64,000 bases of DNA, from the NCBI GenBank assembly GCA_937995825.1, contig CALKJO010000016.1, positions 18,370-82,369 on the forward strand, read 5' to 3'. The notes below the pieces were generated by a model. It was not told the DNA's origin and ran no database searches. It worked only from the letters and a program-made list of their open reading frames with translations. A program made the translations under genes and the position numbers. Below are positions 9,982 through 19,665 of this stretch, piece after piece. How positions within the stretch are numbered: the stretch's first letter is position 1; every line of letters starts with the position of its first letter. Source of the stretch: an uncultured Anaerolineae bacterium (GTDB taxonomy: Bacteria > Chloroflexota > Anaerolineae > Aggregatilineales > Phototrophicaceae).

Positions 9982-11091
9982 GTGGCACCGAGAAAATCCT
10001 CCAAAGAGTCAAAAGCGGATCACGATTTGTTCACCGCATCACCGAACGACAGCCAGGAACAGCGGCTCAAGGCGCTTGACGCGACGCTGACCGACTTGGA
10101 TAAGAAATTCGGCGAGGGGACGGTGGTGCGCCTGGGCGATGCCGCGCATCTGGCGGTCGAAGTGATCCCGACTGGATCGATCACGACTGATATTGCGCTC
10201 GGCGTTGGCGGCATTCCGCGCGGGCGGATCACCGAAATTTACGGACCCGAGTCGAGCGGCAAGACGACCATCTGTCTGCATGTGATCGCCGAGGCACAGA
10301 AGCGCGGCGGGCTGGCGGCATTTGTCGATATGGAACACGCGCTCGATCCCAATTACGCGCGGACGCTCGGTGTAGATGTGGATCGGCTGTATATCTCGCA
10401 GCCGGACACCGCCGAGCAGGCGCTCGAAATCATGGAAGCGCTGGTGCGTTCCGGCGCGCTCGATGTGGTGGTGCTGGACAGCGTGGCGGCGCTCGTCCCG
10501 CGCGTAGAGATCGAAGGCGAGATGGGCGACAGCCATGTCGGGGTGCAGGCGCGGTTGATGAGCCAGGCACTGCGCAAGCTGGCGGGCGCGATCAAGCAGA
10601 GCAACGTCGCGGTGCTGTTCACCAACCAGCTCCGCGACAAGATTGGAGTCATGTACGGCTCCCCTGAAACGACCAGCGGCGGGCGGGCGCTGAAATTCTA
10701 CGCCAGCGTGCGGCTGGATGTGCGCAAGCAGGAGCAGATCAAAGCCAGCGGCGGCGAGGTCATCGGCAGCCGGACGCGCATCCGCGTGACTAAGAACAAG
10801 GTTGCGCCGCCCTTCCGCGAGGCGGAATTCGACATCATGTTTTTGGAGGGTGGGATCAGCAAGACGGGCGAGCTGATCGATTTGGGGACAGAGCTGGGCA
10901 TCATCGACAAGCGCGGCGCATTCTTCCGCTACAACGAGGGCTTGCTCGGTCAGGGACGCGAGAACGCCAAAGCATACCTGGCGGAGAACCCGGCGATTCG
11001 CGATGAGATCGAAGAACTGATCCGCGCTAAATTCGGGCTGCCCTCGCTGCTGGGGACAGCCGCGCCGAGCGCGCACAACGCAGAGCGCTGA
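9982..11091 (+). CDS. recA: Recombinase RecA
   Basis: [49 protein letters not shown] start at 9982 follows AAGGA. Confidence 0.98.
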   Translation: MAPRKSSKESKADHDLFTASPNDSQEQRLKALDATLTDLDKKFGEGTVVRLGDAAHLAVEVIPTGSITTDIALGVGGIPRGRITEIYGPESSGKTTICLHVIAEAQKRGGLAAFVDMEHALDPNYARTLGVDVDRLYISQPDTAEQALEIMEALVRSGALDVVVLDSVAALVPRVEIEGEMGDSHVGVQARLMSQALRKLAGAIKQSNVAVLFTNQLRDKIGVMYGSPETTSGGRALKFYASVRLDVRKQEQIKASGGEVIGSRTRIRVTKNKVAPPFREAEFDIMFLEGGISKTGELIDLGTELGIIDKRGAFFRYNEGLLGQGRENAKAYLAENPAIRDEIEELIRAKFGLPSLLGTAAPSAHNAER

Positions 11092-11104
11092 TGAACTCGC
11101 GCCC

Positions 11105-11866
11105 TCAAACGGGCGGGCGATACGTCTGGACGCTGAAGCCGCCGTGGCGGCGGATCGGCTGATCGAGGTCGAGCTTTTCCGCCGCGATGTGCGCCTCGAC
11201 CGCCGCTAGACCGGCGGCGAGCTGCGCCTCTGTCATTTTCCAGCAGGATGACCAGATGCGATTGCGCAGCGCGTCGAGGAATTGGCGCGCTGTTCGTTCA
11301 GTGGTATAAGTGAGGCGGACTTCTTCCCCGTCCGCCGTCCAGCCGTGCGCAGGCAGCACACCTCGGCTGTAATAAGCCGGCTGCTCATCGACGCCGGCAG
11401 CCTGATTGAAACGCTGGCGCAGCGCGTCGGCTTCAAATTCGCTGTTCCACCCATGCAGCAGACGCGCGCCAGGGCGCAGCACGCGGGCAAGCTCGCGCAG
11501 CACCGCCGCCGCATCGCCCACCAGATGAAAGACATGCACGGCGACAGCGGCGTCAAAGGCGCCGCTGGCAAGCGGCAGATGGGCGGCGTCGGCTTGTATC
11601 AGCCGGATCGGATGACCGTCGATCCGGGCGCGCAGCTTGTCCATCATGGCGATGGCGATGTCCACGCCGACGTATTCGCCGACATGCGGCGAGAGCGGCA
11701 GCGCGATCCGCCCCGTCCCAATGCCGATCTCAAGCAGACGGGCATCCGGCGCCAGCGATCCGGCGCGGACGAATGCCTGAGCGACTTTCTGCTCGATGCC
11801 GGGCGGAAAGCCGCGTGTGGCGTCGTAGTAATCGGCGGCGCGGTCAAACGAGACCGATTGAGTCAT
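11105..11866 (-). CDS. Class I SAM-dependent methyltransferase
   Basis: FDRAADYYD, LEIGIGTG motif I, ADAAHLP..SGAFD. Confidence 0.9.
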   Translation of the reverse strand: MTQSVSFDRAADYYDATRGFPPGIEQKVAQAFVRAGSLAPDARLLEIGIGTGRIALPLSPHVGEYVGVDIAIAMMDKLRARIDGHPIRLIQADAAHLPLASGAFDAAVAVHVFHLVGDAAAVLRELARVLRPGARLLHGWNSEFEADALRQRFNQAAGVDEQPAYYSRGVLPAHGWTADGEEVRLTYTTERTARQFLDALRNRIWSSCWKMTEAQLAAGLAAVEAHIAAEKLDLDQPIRRHGGFSVQTYRPPV

Positions 11867-11869
11867 ACC

Positions 11870-12889
11870 TTAACCTCCAAAACCTGCTGCAGACGGCAGG
11901 ATCACCGGCTCGATGACCGATCCGGGCGGCGTCGCTTGAGGAGTGGGCGTGCTGGATGCGGGCGCGGGCGTCGGATCGACGGGGATGATCAGCCGCTGTC
12001 CAATCGACAGCAGATTGGGATTCGCCTGGAGCGCGGGATTGGCGCGGACGATGGCATTCACTGTCACGCGGAAGCGCCCGGCGATGCTGAACAAGGTGTC
12101 TCCCGGTCGCACGACATATTCGATGCCCTGCAGAGTCGGCGTTGCGGTCGGTTCGACGCCGGGCGGCAGCGTTCGCGTCGGCGGCAGGGTGGCGGTCGGA
12201 GTTGGCGTATCGACGCAGGCGGGCAGACGGAGCTGCTGCCCGATCTGGAGCGCCTGCGGGTTGATCTCGGGGTTGGCTTCGCGCAGCGCGTCCAGCGCCA
12301 GCCCATTGCGGACAGCGATGGCGTACAGACTGTCGCCCGCTTGGACAATGTAGAAGCAGCCCTCCGAGCGAATCACAAACGGCGAGTCGCCGTCGCTTGC
12401 AGTGGACGCCGCAGCTCCTTCCGGTGTCGGCGTCGAGCTTGGGCGCGGCGTCGCCGATGGCAGCACGATCGGTCCTTCGGGCGCGCTGGGGGTGATATAG
12501 ACGACAGTAGCGGTGATGATCGGCGGCGTTAATGCCGTGTCGGGATCGGTTGGCGCTGATGTTGGTGTCTCGCCGAGCGCCTGACGGGTCTCGGCGACGA
12601 TGGTTTCGATGTTGAGAATTTCGACGCGGGGCGTCTCGGTTGGGGTGAACATCGGCGTGAGGGAGGGGATCAGCGCCGGCACGCCGGTATTGACGACCAT
12701 CGGCAGCGTGGTTGGCTCCGTCTCCGGTATGGCTGGCTCGGATGTCGATTGGATCGGGATCGACTCGATAGTCGGCTGCGACGCGGCGCTGTCAATCGGT
12801 GCGCCAGCCGGCTGGACACACCCCGCCGCCAGCAGCGTCAGCCCCAGTCCTAGGCGTCCCGTCAGTCGGCGTAATCGTCGCATGGTCAT
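11870..12889 (-). CDS. Lipoprotein with two LysM domains and Thr/Pro-rich linkers
   Basis: Lipobox LAAGC; LysM repeats YIVQAGDSLYAIA...LQIGQQLRLP and YVVRPGDTLFSIA...LSIGQRLIIP. Confidence 0.88.
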   Translation of the reverse strand: MTMRRLRRLTGRLGLGLTLLAAGCVQPAGAPIDSAASQPTIESIPIQSTSEPAIPETEPTTLPMVVNTGVPALIPSLTPMFTPTETPRVEILNIETIVAETRQALGETPTSAPTDPDTALTPPIITATVVYITPSAPEGPIVLPSATPRPSSTPTPEGAAASTASDGDSPFVIRSEGCFYIVQAGDSLYAIAVRNGLALDALREANPEINPQALQIGQQLRLPACVDTPTPTATLPPTRTLPPGVEPTATPTLQGIEYVVRPGDTLFSIAGRFRVTVNAIVRANPALQANPNLLSIGQRLIIPVDPTPAPASSTPTPQATPPGSVIEPVILPSAAGFGG

Positions 12890-13038
12890 TCCCCGCTGTT
12901 GTTGTGCATCGCAAACAGAATACACCTAACTGGAAGCGGATGCAAAAGCTGAGCGGCAGACTCCCCGCCTTTGCTTGTATTTCAGTGGAGACAAGGCTAT
13001 GTTAGAAGGATGATGCCGATCAATCACAGGACGCGCCA

Positions 13039-15078
13039 ATGATCGGGACGCGACTCGGACAGTATGAAATCATCGAGGAAATTGGCATGGGCGGCATGGC
13101 GACGGTGTATCGGGCGTATCAGCCGAGCATGGATCGCGATGTCGCTGTCAAAGTGATCCACCTGGCGATTGCGACCGACGCGCTTTCGCGTCAGCGCTTT
13201 GAGCGCGAGGCGCGGCTGATCGCCAAGCTGGAACATCCGCATCTGCTGCCTGTCTATGACTACAACGGGGCGCACAATCCGCCCTATATCGTCATGCGCT
13301 ATCTCGAAGGCGGGACGCTAAAGGATATCATCGCGAGTCGCGGGACGCTTCCGCTCCCGGATATCGCATATCTGACCCGCCAGGTCGCATCGGCGCTCGA
13401 TTACGCGCACCGCCAGGGCGTTATCCACCGCGACATCAAGCCGAACAACATCCTGATCGATCAGGATGGCAACGCCTTCCTGATGGACTTTGGCATCGCT
13501 CGCATGACGGAGCGCGGCGAAGGCTTGACGCAGACCGGCTTCGCCGTCGGGACGCCCAGCTATATGTCTCCGGAGCAGGGCATGGGCGAGCCGATCATTA
13601 CGCCGCAGGCGGATATCTACGCGCTCGGCGTGGTGGTCTTTCAGATGGCGAGCGGTCAGCTCCCCTATACGGCGGGAACGCCGCTGGGGATCGTGCTGCG
13701 GCATATCCATGATCCGATCCCACAGGCGAGCGCTCTGAATCCAGCCCTGCCCCCCACTGTCGATCTGCTGATCGCGAGAGCGATGGCGAAAAAACCCGAT
13801 AATCGCTACCAGACGGCGACTGAATTCGCCGATGCGCTGACTGCGCTCGCCAGCGAGATCGAACCCGTGCGCCCGAATGTGCTGCGGCAGGCGGCGCAGG
13901 AGAATATCGAAGCACTGCGCCAGCGCCGCGCGAACAAGCGCGCCTCTCAGGAAGTGTCCGTCGGCGATCTTTCGGCGGGTCGGGATTTAAACTCGACGCA
14001 GTCGCCGATCTCCGAGCGGGAGGCGACGCTGATCACCCCGGTTTATGAGCGTGCCGTGCTGCCCGCGCCGCGCCAATCCCCCGCGCCGCTGCCGATGGAA
14101 GCGGAGGTGCAGCTCCAAACGCCCTCTGTGCCACCGCTGACGATCCCCACGCCAGGCAGCGGACGCCGCACCAGCACGTTCGTCCTGATCGGCGCGGTGA
14201 TCGTTTTGGCAGTCATCGCAGCCGCCTTATTAATCGGGCAGCTTTCGGTGTCTGAATCGGCGGCGCAAACGCAAACAGCGGTCGCGCTGGCGGCGATCAG
14301 CGCCTCCGAACCCACTGCCACCGCGCCGGCGACTGGCGAACCGAGTCCGTTCGCTGAAGTCGGTATGACACCGACCGACAGCGGCGCATTCGGCGTCGAT
14401 CCAACTGCGCCGTTCGCGCAGACCTCGACCCGCACGGCATCTGCTGCGCCAAGCGCGGCTCAGACCCCCAGCGCGACGCCCGCCGCGCCGATTGCGCAGG
14501 CGCTGCGCCCGCTGATCCTGCGCACGGGTCCGGGGTTAGATTATGCCCGAATTGCAGAACTTGCGGAGAATCAGCGAGTCGATATTATCGGCACAACCGA
14601 GGATGGTTCATGGTTTCAAGTGCGCCTGCCTGATGGTCAGGTCGCGTGGCTGGCGAGCAATTTTGTGCAAACATTCGGCAGCTTGATGCCCGTCCCCTTC
14701 GTCGAGCCGCCGACGCGCACGCCAACGCCGACGGACACCCTATTGCCGACGAACACCCCCTCGGAGACGCCAACGCCGACGATCACGCTCACCCCGACGC
14801 CGACGCTGACGCCGACCCCAGCGCGCGCGTTTGCGCAGGCGCTGCGCGAGATCGCAGTGCGCGCCGGATCGGGATCGGAGTATCAGTGGGTCGGGACGCT
14901 GAGCGCGAATGCCGAGGTGCTGATCATCGGCAAGACCGCCGATGCCACCTGGCTGCTGGTGGTGCTGCCGAATGGACTCAATGCCTGGTTAGCAAATTCG
15001 CCGCTGACGGTGCGCGTAACTGGCAATCTGACCGATCTGCCGGTGGTTCAAGCGCCGACGATCACGCCCAAAGCGTAA
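13039..15078 (+). CDS. Membrane Hanks-type Ser/Thr protein kinase with two SH3b-like extracellular domains
   Basis: GMGGMATVY, VAVK, HRDIKPNN, DFG, GTPSYMSPEQ; one TM (FVLIGAVIVLAVIAAALLI); two repeats LRTGPGLDYARI and VRAGSGSEYQWV. Upstream TTGTAT-N17-TATGTT. Confidence 0.92.
   Translation: MIGTRLGQYEIIEEIGMGGMATVYRAYQPSMDRDVAVKVIHLAIATDALSRQRFEREARLIAKLEHPHLLPVYDYNGAHNPPYIVMRYLEGGTLKDIIASRGTLPLPDIAYLTRQVASALDYAHRQGVIHRDIKPNNILIDQDGNAFLMDFGIARMTERGEGLTQTGFAVGTPSYMSPEQGMGEPIITPQADIYALGVVVFQMASGQLPYTAGTPLGIVLRHIHDPIPQASALNPALPPTVDLLIARAMAKKPDNRYQTATEFADALTALASEIEPVRPNVLRQAAQENIEALRQRRANKRASQEVSVGDLSAGRDLNSTQSPISEREATLITPVYERAVLPAPRQSPAPLPMEAEVQLQTPSVPPLTIPTPGSGRRTSTFVLIGAVIVLAVIAAALLIGQLSVSESAAQTQTAVALAAISASEPTATAPATGEPSPFAEVGMTPTDSGAFGVDPTAPFAQTSTRTASAAPSAAQTPSATPAAPIAQALRPLILRTGPGLDYARIAELAENQRVDIIGTTEDGSWFQVRLPDGQVAWLASNFVQTFGSLMPVPFVEPPTRTPTPTDTLLPTNTPSETPTPTITLTPTPTLTPTPARAFAQALREIAVRAGSGSEYQWVGTLSANAEVLIIGKTADATWLLVVLPNGLNAWLANSPLTVRVTGNLTDLPVVQAPTITPKA
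14710..14822 (+). repeat. Low-complexity (Thr-Pro)n linker (acgccg-like repeats) inside the kinase gene
   Basis: Encodes PTRTPTPTDT...TPTPTITLTPTPTLTPTP. Confidence 0.7.
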
Positions 15079-15193
15079 GCGCACGGCTTGCCGCCGGCGT
15101 CCTATCCTCTGATGAATTGGTCTGCATTGGTACGCTTCCAATCGCCTACAATAGAGGCGCTGAAGAATTCCTGTTGAAAGGCAAATTGAACTC

Positions 15194-16993
15194 ATGGCAG
15201 CACAGGCTGTGCGGACGCAAACCGCTGCGAGCAGGACGGAGTCTGCCACCGGGACGCCTCAGCCTCCCCCGAAAGCGAACTGGCGCTGGCTGCTGCGCTA
15301 TATCATGGTGTATCGCGGCGCAGCAGCCGGGGCGACGATCGCCGGTATTATCGCCGGCATCGCCACCGCCTATGAACCCTTCCTGCTGGGCGTGATCATC
15401 GATGAAATTCGCGAAGGCGCGCCGTCGGAGGCGCTGCGAGTATCGCTCGGCTTGCTGCTCGCGCTCTCGCTGATCACCGTCGGCGGCTTCTTCGTTCAGC
15501 GCTGGCTGAGCGGTCGGGTCGCCTATGGGGTGAATTATGATGTGCGGCGTGACCTGTTCGACAAGCTGCTGATGCAGGATCAGCATTTCTATCAGAAGTA
15601 CCCCACCGGCGATCTGATCTCGCGGATGCACGCAGACTTGAACTTACTCTGGCAGTTTCTGGTGCTGCTGTTTCTGCGCCTCGGCAGCGCGATCACCGCG
15701 CTGGTGGTCACCTTTCTGCTGCTCGCCAGCGTCAATCTGCCGCTGACGCTGATCGCCTTCGCTGTGCTGACCGTCTCAACGGCGTTTCAGGCGAAAGCCG
15801 GTCTGATCATCGCGGACTTGTTCGAGAAAGTTCAGGAGCAGGCGGGCGTGGTGTCGGCGCTCGGTCAGGATACGATCAGCGGCATCCAGACGATCAAGAC
15901 CTTCGGGCGCGAAGACGGCATCTCCCGCAAGTATCTTGAGGAAAACCGCAAATTGCGCCGAACGTGGCTGTTCTTCAAGCGGCGCAACGAGCCAGTCGGG
16001 ATGCTGCCGAACATGATCAGCCAGCTCACGGCGGGCGTGGTCGTGCTGTTCGGCGGCGTGCTGACGCTGCAGGGGGCGCTGACGCTTGGCAACTTCGCCC
16101 AATTCTTGATCTATCTGGGTTATATCAGCAATGTCCTGCTGGCGCTTGGCATTTTGTATCAGCGCTATCAGCAGACGCGCGGCGCGCTGGCGCGGCTGAC
16201 GCCGCTGTTGCAGACGCCGCTGATCCGCGACCTGCCGGATGCGCATCATCTGGCTCGTCCGAAAGGCGCGATCCGCTTCGAGCATGTCAGCGTGACGCTG
16301 GACGGACAGCCGGCGCTTCAGGATATTAACCTGGACATCGAGCCGGGGCAGGTGGTGGCGTTTGTCGGTCCGACCGGCTGCGGCAAGACGCTCTTGGTCA
16401 ATTTAGTCGGGCGCGTGCTTGACCCCACCGAAGGGCGCGTGCTGATCGACGGGCAGGATGTCCGCGAGCTGGCGCTGGAGGATCTGCGGCGGGCGGTCGG
16501 CTACGTGCCGCAGTCCACCTTTCTGTTCAGCCAGGCGCTGCACGAAAATGTCCGCATGGGGCGGCAGGACATCCCTGACGATGAGATCGAGCGGGCGCTG
16601 CGCATTTCGCGGGTGAGCGCCGATCTGCCGCAGCTTCCGCGCGGACTGGAGACGCTGGTCGGGGAAAGAGGCGTCCTGCTCTCCGGCGGGCAGAAGCAGC
16701 GCGTCGCCATTGCCCGCGCCATCGTCCGCGATCCGGCAATCCTGGTCTTGGATGACGCGCTCTCCAGCGTGGACATGCACACGGCGGCGGACATCCTGGC
16801 GGAGCTGCGCAGCGTCCTCAAGACGCGCACCAGCCTGATCATCGCGCACCGCATCGCGACGGTCAAGGATGCCGATCTGATCGTGGTGATGGATCATGGA
16901 CAGATCGTCGAAAAAGGGACGCACGCCGAGCTGGTCGAGCGCGGCGGCATGTATGCGCGCATGGTTGAGCGCGAACTACGCGGGGAGGATTGA
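15194..16993 (+). CDS. Heterodimeric ABC exporter subunit (TMD+NBD, degenerate site)
   Basis: Six TM helices, GPTGCGKT, LSGGQ, and Walker B LDDALS with Asp in place of the catalytic Glu. Confidence 0.92.
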   Translation: MAAQAVRTQTAASRTESATGTPQPPPKANWRWLLRYIMVYRGAAAGATIAGIIAGIATAYEPFLLGVIIDEIREGAPSEALRVSLGLLLALSLITVGGFFVQRWLSGRVAYGVNYDVRRDLFDKLLMQDQHFYQKYPTGDLISRMHADLNLLWQFLVLLFLRLGSAITALVVTFLLLASVNLPLTLIAFAVLTVSTAFQAKAGLIIADLFEKVQEQAGVVSALGQDTISGIQTIKTFGREDGISRKYLEENRKLRRTWLFFKRRNEPVGMLPNMISQLTAGVVVLFGGVLTLQGALTLGNFAQFLIYLGYISNVLLALGILYQRYQQTRGALARLTPLLQTPLIRDLPDAHHLARPKGAIRFEHVSVTLDGQPALQDINLDIEPGQVVAFVGPTGCGKTLLVNLVGRVLDPTEGRVLIDGQDVRELALEDLRRAVGYVPQSTFLFSQALHENVRMGRQDIPDDEIERALRISRVSADLPQLPRGLETLVGERGVLLSGGQKQRVAIARAIVRDPAILVLDDALSSVDMHTAADILAELRSVLKTRTSLIIAHRIATVKDADLIVVMDHGQIVEKGTHAELVERGGMYARMVERELRGED

Positions 16994-16996
16994 GCG

Positions 16997-18856
16997 ATGT
17001 TCGCACCCAGACCGGTGATCACGCCGCCCAGCCCGTACAGCGAAGTCGAGTTTGACGTGTCGGATCGCTCGCTCTTGTGGATGCTGGCGAAGTTCCTTAA
17101 GCCGTACGTCTGGCAGTTGGGGCTGGTCTTCGCCATGCTGATCGGCGTCAGCTTCTTCGCCGTGCTGCTGCCCTATCTGATCCAGCAGGCGGTCGATGGA
17201 CCCATCACCAGCGGGCAGCTTGAGGGCTTGATCCCGCTCGGCGTGGTCTATTTCGCCTCGATTGTGCTGCTCTTTCTGCTGCGCTTCGGACATATCTACC
17301 TGCTCCAAACCGTCGGGCAGTCGGCGCTGGTCAACCTGCGCCAGACGCTTTTTGAGCATCTTCTCAAGCAGGATATGCGCTTTTTCAACACGACTCCCGT
17401 CGGGCAGTTGGTCTCGCGCCTGTCCAATGACATCGACGCGCTGACCGAGCTGGTCAGCACCAGCTTTGTCGTCGTGGTTAGCAATCTGATCACGCTGGTC
17501 GGGATCATCATCACCATGTTCGCGCTTAACTGGCGGCTGGCGCTGTTCGGGCTGGCGGTCATGCCGATTATGCTCTTCCTGACCGTCTTCTTCCGCAAGC
17601 GGCTGCGCCAGGCGTCGAATGCCTATCACAGGCTGGTCGCAGAATTTCTGGCGTTCATGAACGAGCAGTTTGGCGGGATGCTGGTCGTGCAGTTGTTCCA
17701 GCGCGAGCCGATCAGCCGCGATGAATTCGCCACCTACAATGCGCGCCATCGTGATGTCCACCGCCAAATTCGCGACAATTACACGCTCTACGCGACCGGA
17801 CTCCAGCTCATGACCACGGTTGGCTTGGCAATTGTGCTGTTCGGCGGCGCGCTCGGTCTGGCTGAAGGCTGGGCGACGGTCGGCATGGTGATCGCGTTTG
17901 TCGAATACACACGGCGCAGCTTCGAGCCGGTCTTGCTGCTCTCCGAGCAGATTTCGCAGATTCAGACGGCGCTGGCGGCGGGCGAGCGCATCGCGCGGAT
18001 GCTGCGCGTCGAGCCGGGCTTGAAAGAGGCCGAAAAGCCCGTCACACTGCCCGATTTCAAAAAGACGTTTGCGTTCGACAATGTGACCTTTGGCTACGAG
18101 CCTGGGCATCCTGTCCTGAAAAACATCAATCTGCGGGTTGAGTCCGGGCAGCGAGTCGCGGTTGTCGGCGCGACCGGCGCGGGCAAAACATCGCTGGCGG
18201 GCTTGCTGGCGCGCTTCTACGACGTGGATGAGGGGCGCGTGCTGATCGATGATGTGGACGTGCGCGACCTCGCCTTGGCAGACCTGCGCCATTATGTGAC
18301 CGTTGTGCCGCAGAATCCGTACTGCTTTCATGGGACGATTGCCGAGAATCTGCGCCTGTTCGATGACAGCGTGACTGAGGAGCAGATGATCGAGGCGGCG
18401 AAAGTCGCCGGCGCTGCGCCGTTCATCGAGCGGCTGCCGGATGGCTATGAGACGATGCTGCTGCCAGGCGGCGCGAACCTGTCGCAGGGGCAGCGGCAGC
18501 TGCTGGCGCTGGCGCGCGCGCTGTTGCACAATCCGCAGAGCATTCTGATTCTGGACGAAGCCACCAGCAGCATCGACACCGAGACCGAGGCGCTGATCCA
18601 GATGGGGCTGGCGCGGGTTTTGCAGGGGCGCACCAGCCTGATCATCGCGCACCGGCTCTCGACCATCCGCGAGGCGGATCGGATTCTGGTCATGCAGCGC
18701 GGGCGGATCGTCGAAGATGGGACGCACGAGCAGCTTTTGCGCTTGAATGGGCTGTATGCCGCGCTCTACCGCCGTCAATTTGCGGAACCGGCGATGGAGC
18801 CGCCGCCGCTCCACCAGCCCGCCCCGACAAGGCGCATTTTGGCGGCGGGGAACTGA
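16997..18856 (+). CDS. Heterodimeric ABC exporter partner subunit
   Basis: TMD, GATGAGKT, LSQGQ, LDEATS, IAHRL. Confidence 0.92.
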   Translation: MFAPRPVITPPSPYSEVEFDVSDRSLLWMLAKFLKPYVWQLGLVFAMLIGVSFFAVLLPYLIQQAVDGPITSGQLEGLIPLGVVYFASIVLLFLLRFGHIYLLQTVGQSALVNLRQTLFEHLLKQDMRFFNTTPVGQLVSRLSNDIDALTELVSTSFVVVVSNLITLVGIIITMFALNWRLALFGLAVMPIMLFLTVFFRKRLRQASNAYHRLVAEFLAFMNEQFGGMLVVQLFQREPISRDEFATYNARHRDVHRQIRDNYTLYATGLQLMTTVGLAIVLFGGALGLAEGWATVGMVIAFVEYTRRSFEPVLLLSEQISQIQTALAAGERIARMLRVEPGLKEAEKPVTLPDFKKTFAFDNVTFGYEPGHPVLKNINLRVESGQRVAVVGATGAGKTSLAGLLARFYDVDEGRVLIDDVDVRDLALADLRHYVTVVPQNPYCFHGTIAENLRLFDDSVTEEQMIEAAKVAGAAPFIERLPDGYETMLLPGGANLSQGQRQLLALARALLHNPQSILILDEATSSIDTETEALIQMGLARVLQGRTSLIIAHRLSTIREADRILVMQRGRIVEDGTHEQLLRLNGLYAALYRRQFAEPAMEPPPLHQPAPTRRILAAGN

Positions 18857-18859
18857 GCG

Positions 18860-19201
18860 ATGACCCGTCAACTGCCTCGGTTTGTCAAACGCAGCCCCGA
18901 ACAGGTCGAGGCGTGGCTGCGCATGGCGCTGACCAACCCGCGCACCGCAGACACCAGCGCCCTGCGCGCATTGATCGCGCACGAAGATGGGCATTTTCGG
19001 GCGATCTTCAGCCCGGCGTATTTCGCGCTGGCGGACGGCGCAACCGAGCCGAGCAAATCCCAGTGGAACACCCTCAAAAAGCACCTGAAGCGAATCGAGC
19101 CGCGCCTGTTCATCTTCAAGGAACACGGCGTGGTCGAATACGAGGGCGAAGCCTGTCTGTACCTGGATTTTGGGTTTTTCGCCAGCGCGCGGCGGTTGTG
19201 A
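18860..19201 (+). CDS. Hypothetical protein
   Basis: 113-aa ORF starting 3 nt after the ABC gene stop; normal protein-like composition; no family recognised. Confidence 0.65.
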   Translation: MTRQLPRFVKRSPEQVEAWLRMALTNPRTADTSALRALIAHEDGHFRAIFSPAYFALADGATEPSKSQWNTLKKHLKRIEPRLFIFKEHGVVEYEGEACLYLDFGFFASARRL

Positions 19202-19257
19202 TGTCCGGGGATATGTGGATAATCGGACAAACAAGCTTCTTTCTGGGAGATCGTCTT

Positions 19258-19614
19258 ATGGGAGATGGCTATTACATACCCGCCGCTGAAGCCCCGCAAA
19301 TCGAAATGCGCGCAGGTGTCCATCGCCGCACGATGGGGACGACGGATGAAGTGATGCTGTGCGAGTTTTTCCTGCTGGCGGGGGCGGAAGTCCCGCTGCA
19401 CAGCCACCCTAATGATCAGGTTGGCTATGTCGTCTATGGGCGGCTGGCGCTGACCATTGGCGATCAAACGCGGGTCATGCAGCCGGGTGACAGCTACGCC
19501 ATTCCAGGCGGAGTCGTCCATGCTGCGCGTGCGGAGGTCGATACGCTGGTGGTGGAGGTGTTCAGCCCGCCGCGCGACGAGTTTCGCCGCGTTCCGATAG
19601 CGGACGGGCATTGA
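19258..19614 (+). CDS. Cupin domain protein
   Basis: HSHPNDQVGYV...G and GDSYAIPGGVVH cupin motifs; GGGAGA SD before ATG 19258. Confidence 0.88.
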   Translation: MGDGYYIPAAEAPQIEMRAGVHRRTMGTTDEVMLCEFFLLAGAEVPLHSHPNDQVGYVVYGRLALTIGDQTRVMQPGDSYAIPGGVVHAARAEVDTLVVEVFSPPRDEFRRVPIADGH

Positions 19615-19665
19615 CTGCTGCAATCGAGGCGATCCAATTGGATCGCCCCGCGCAGTTCTGGCACT

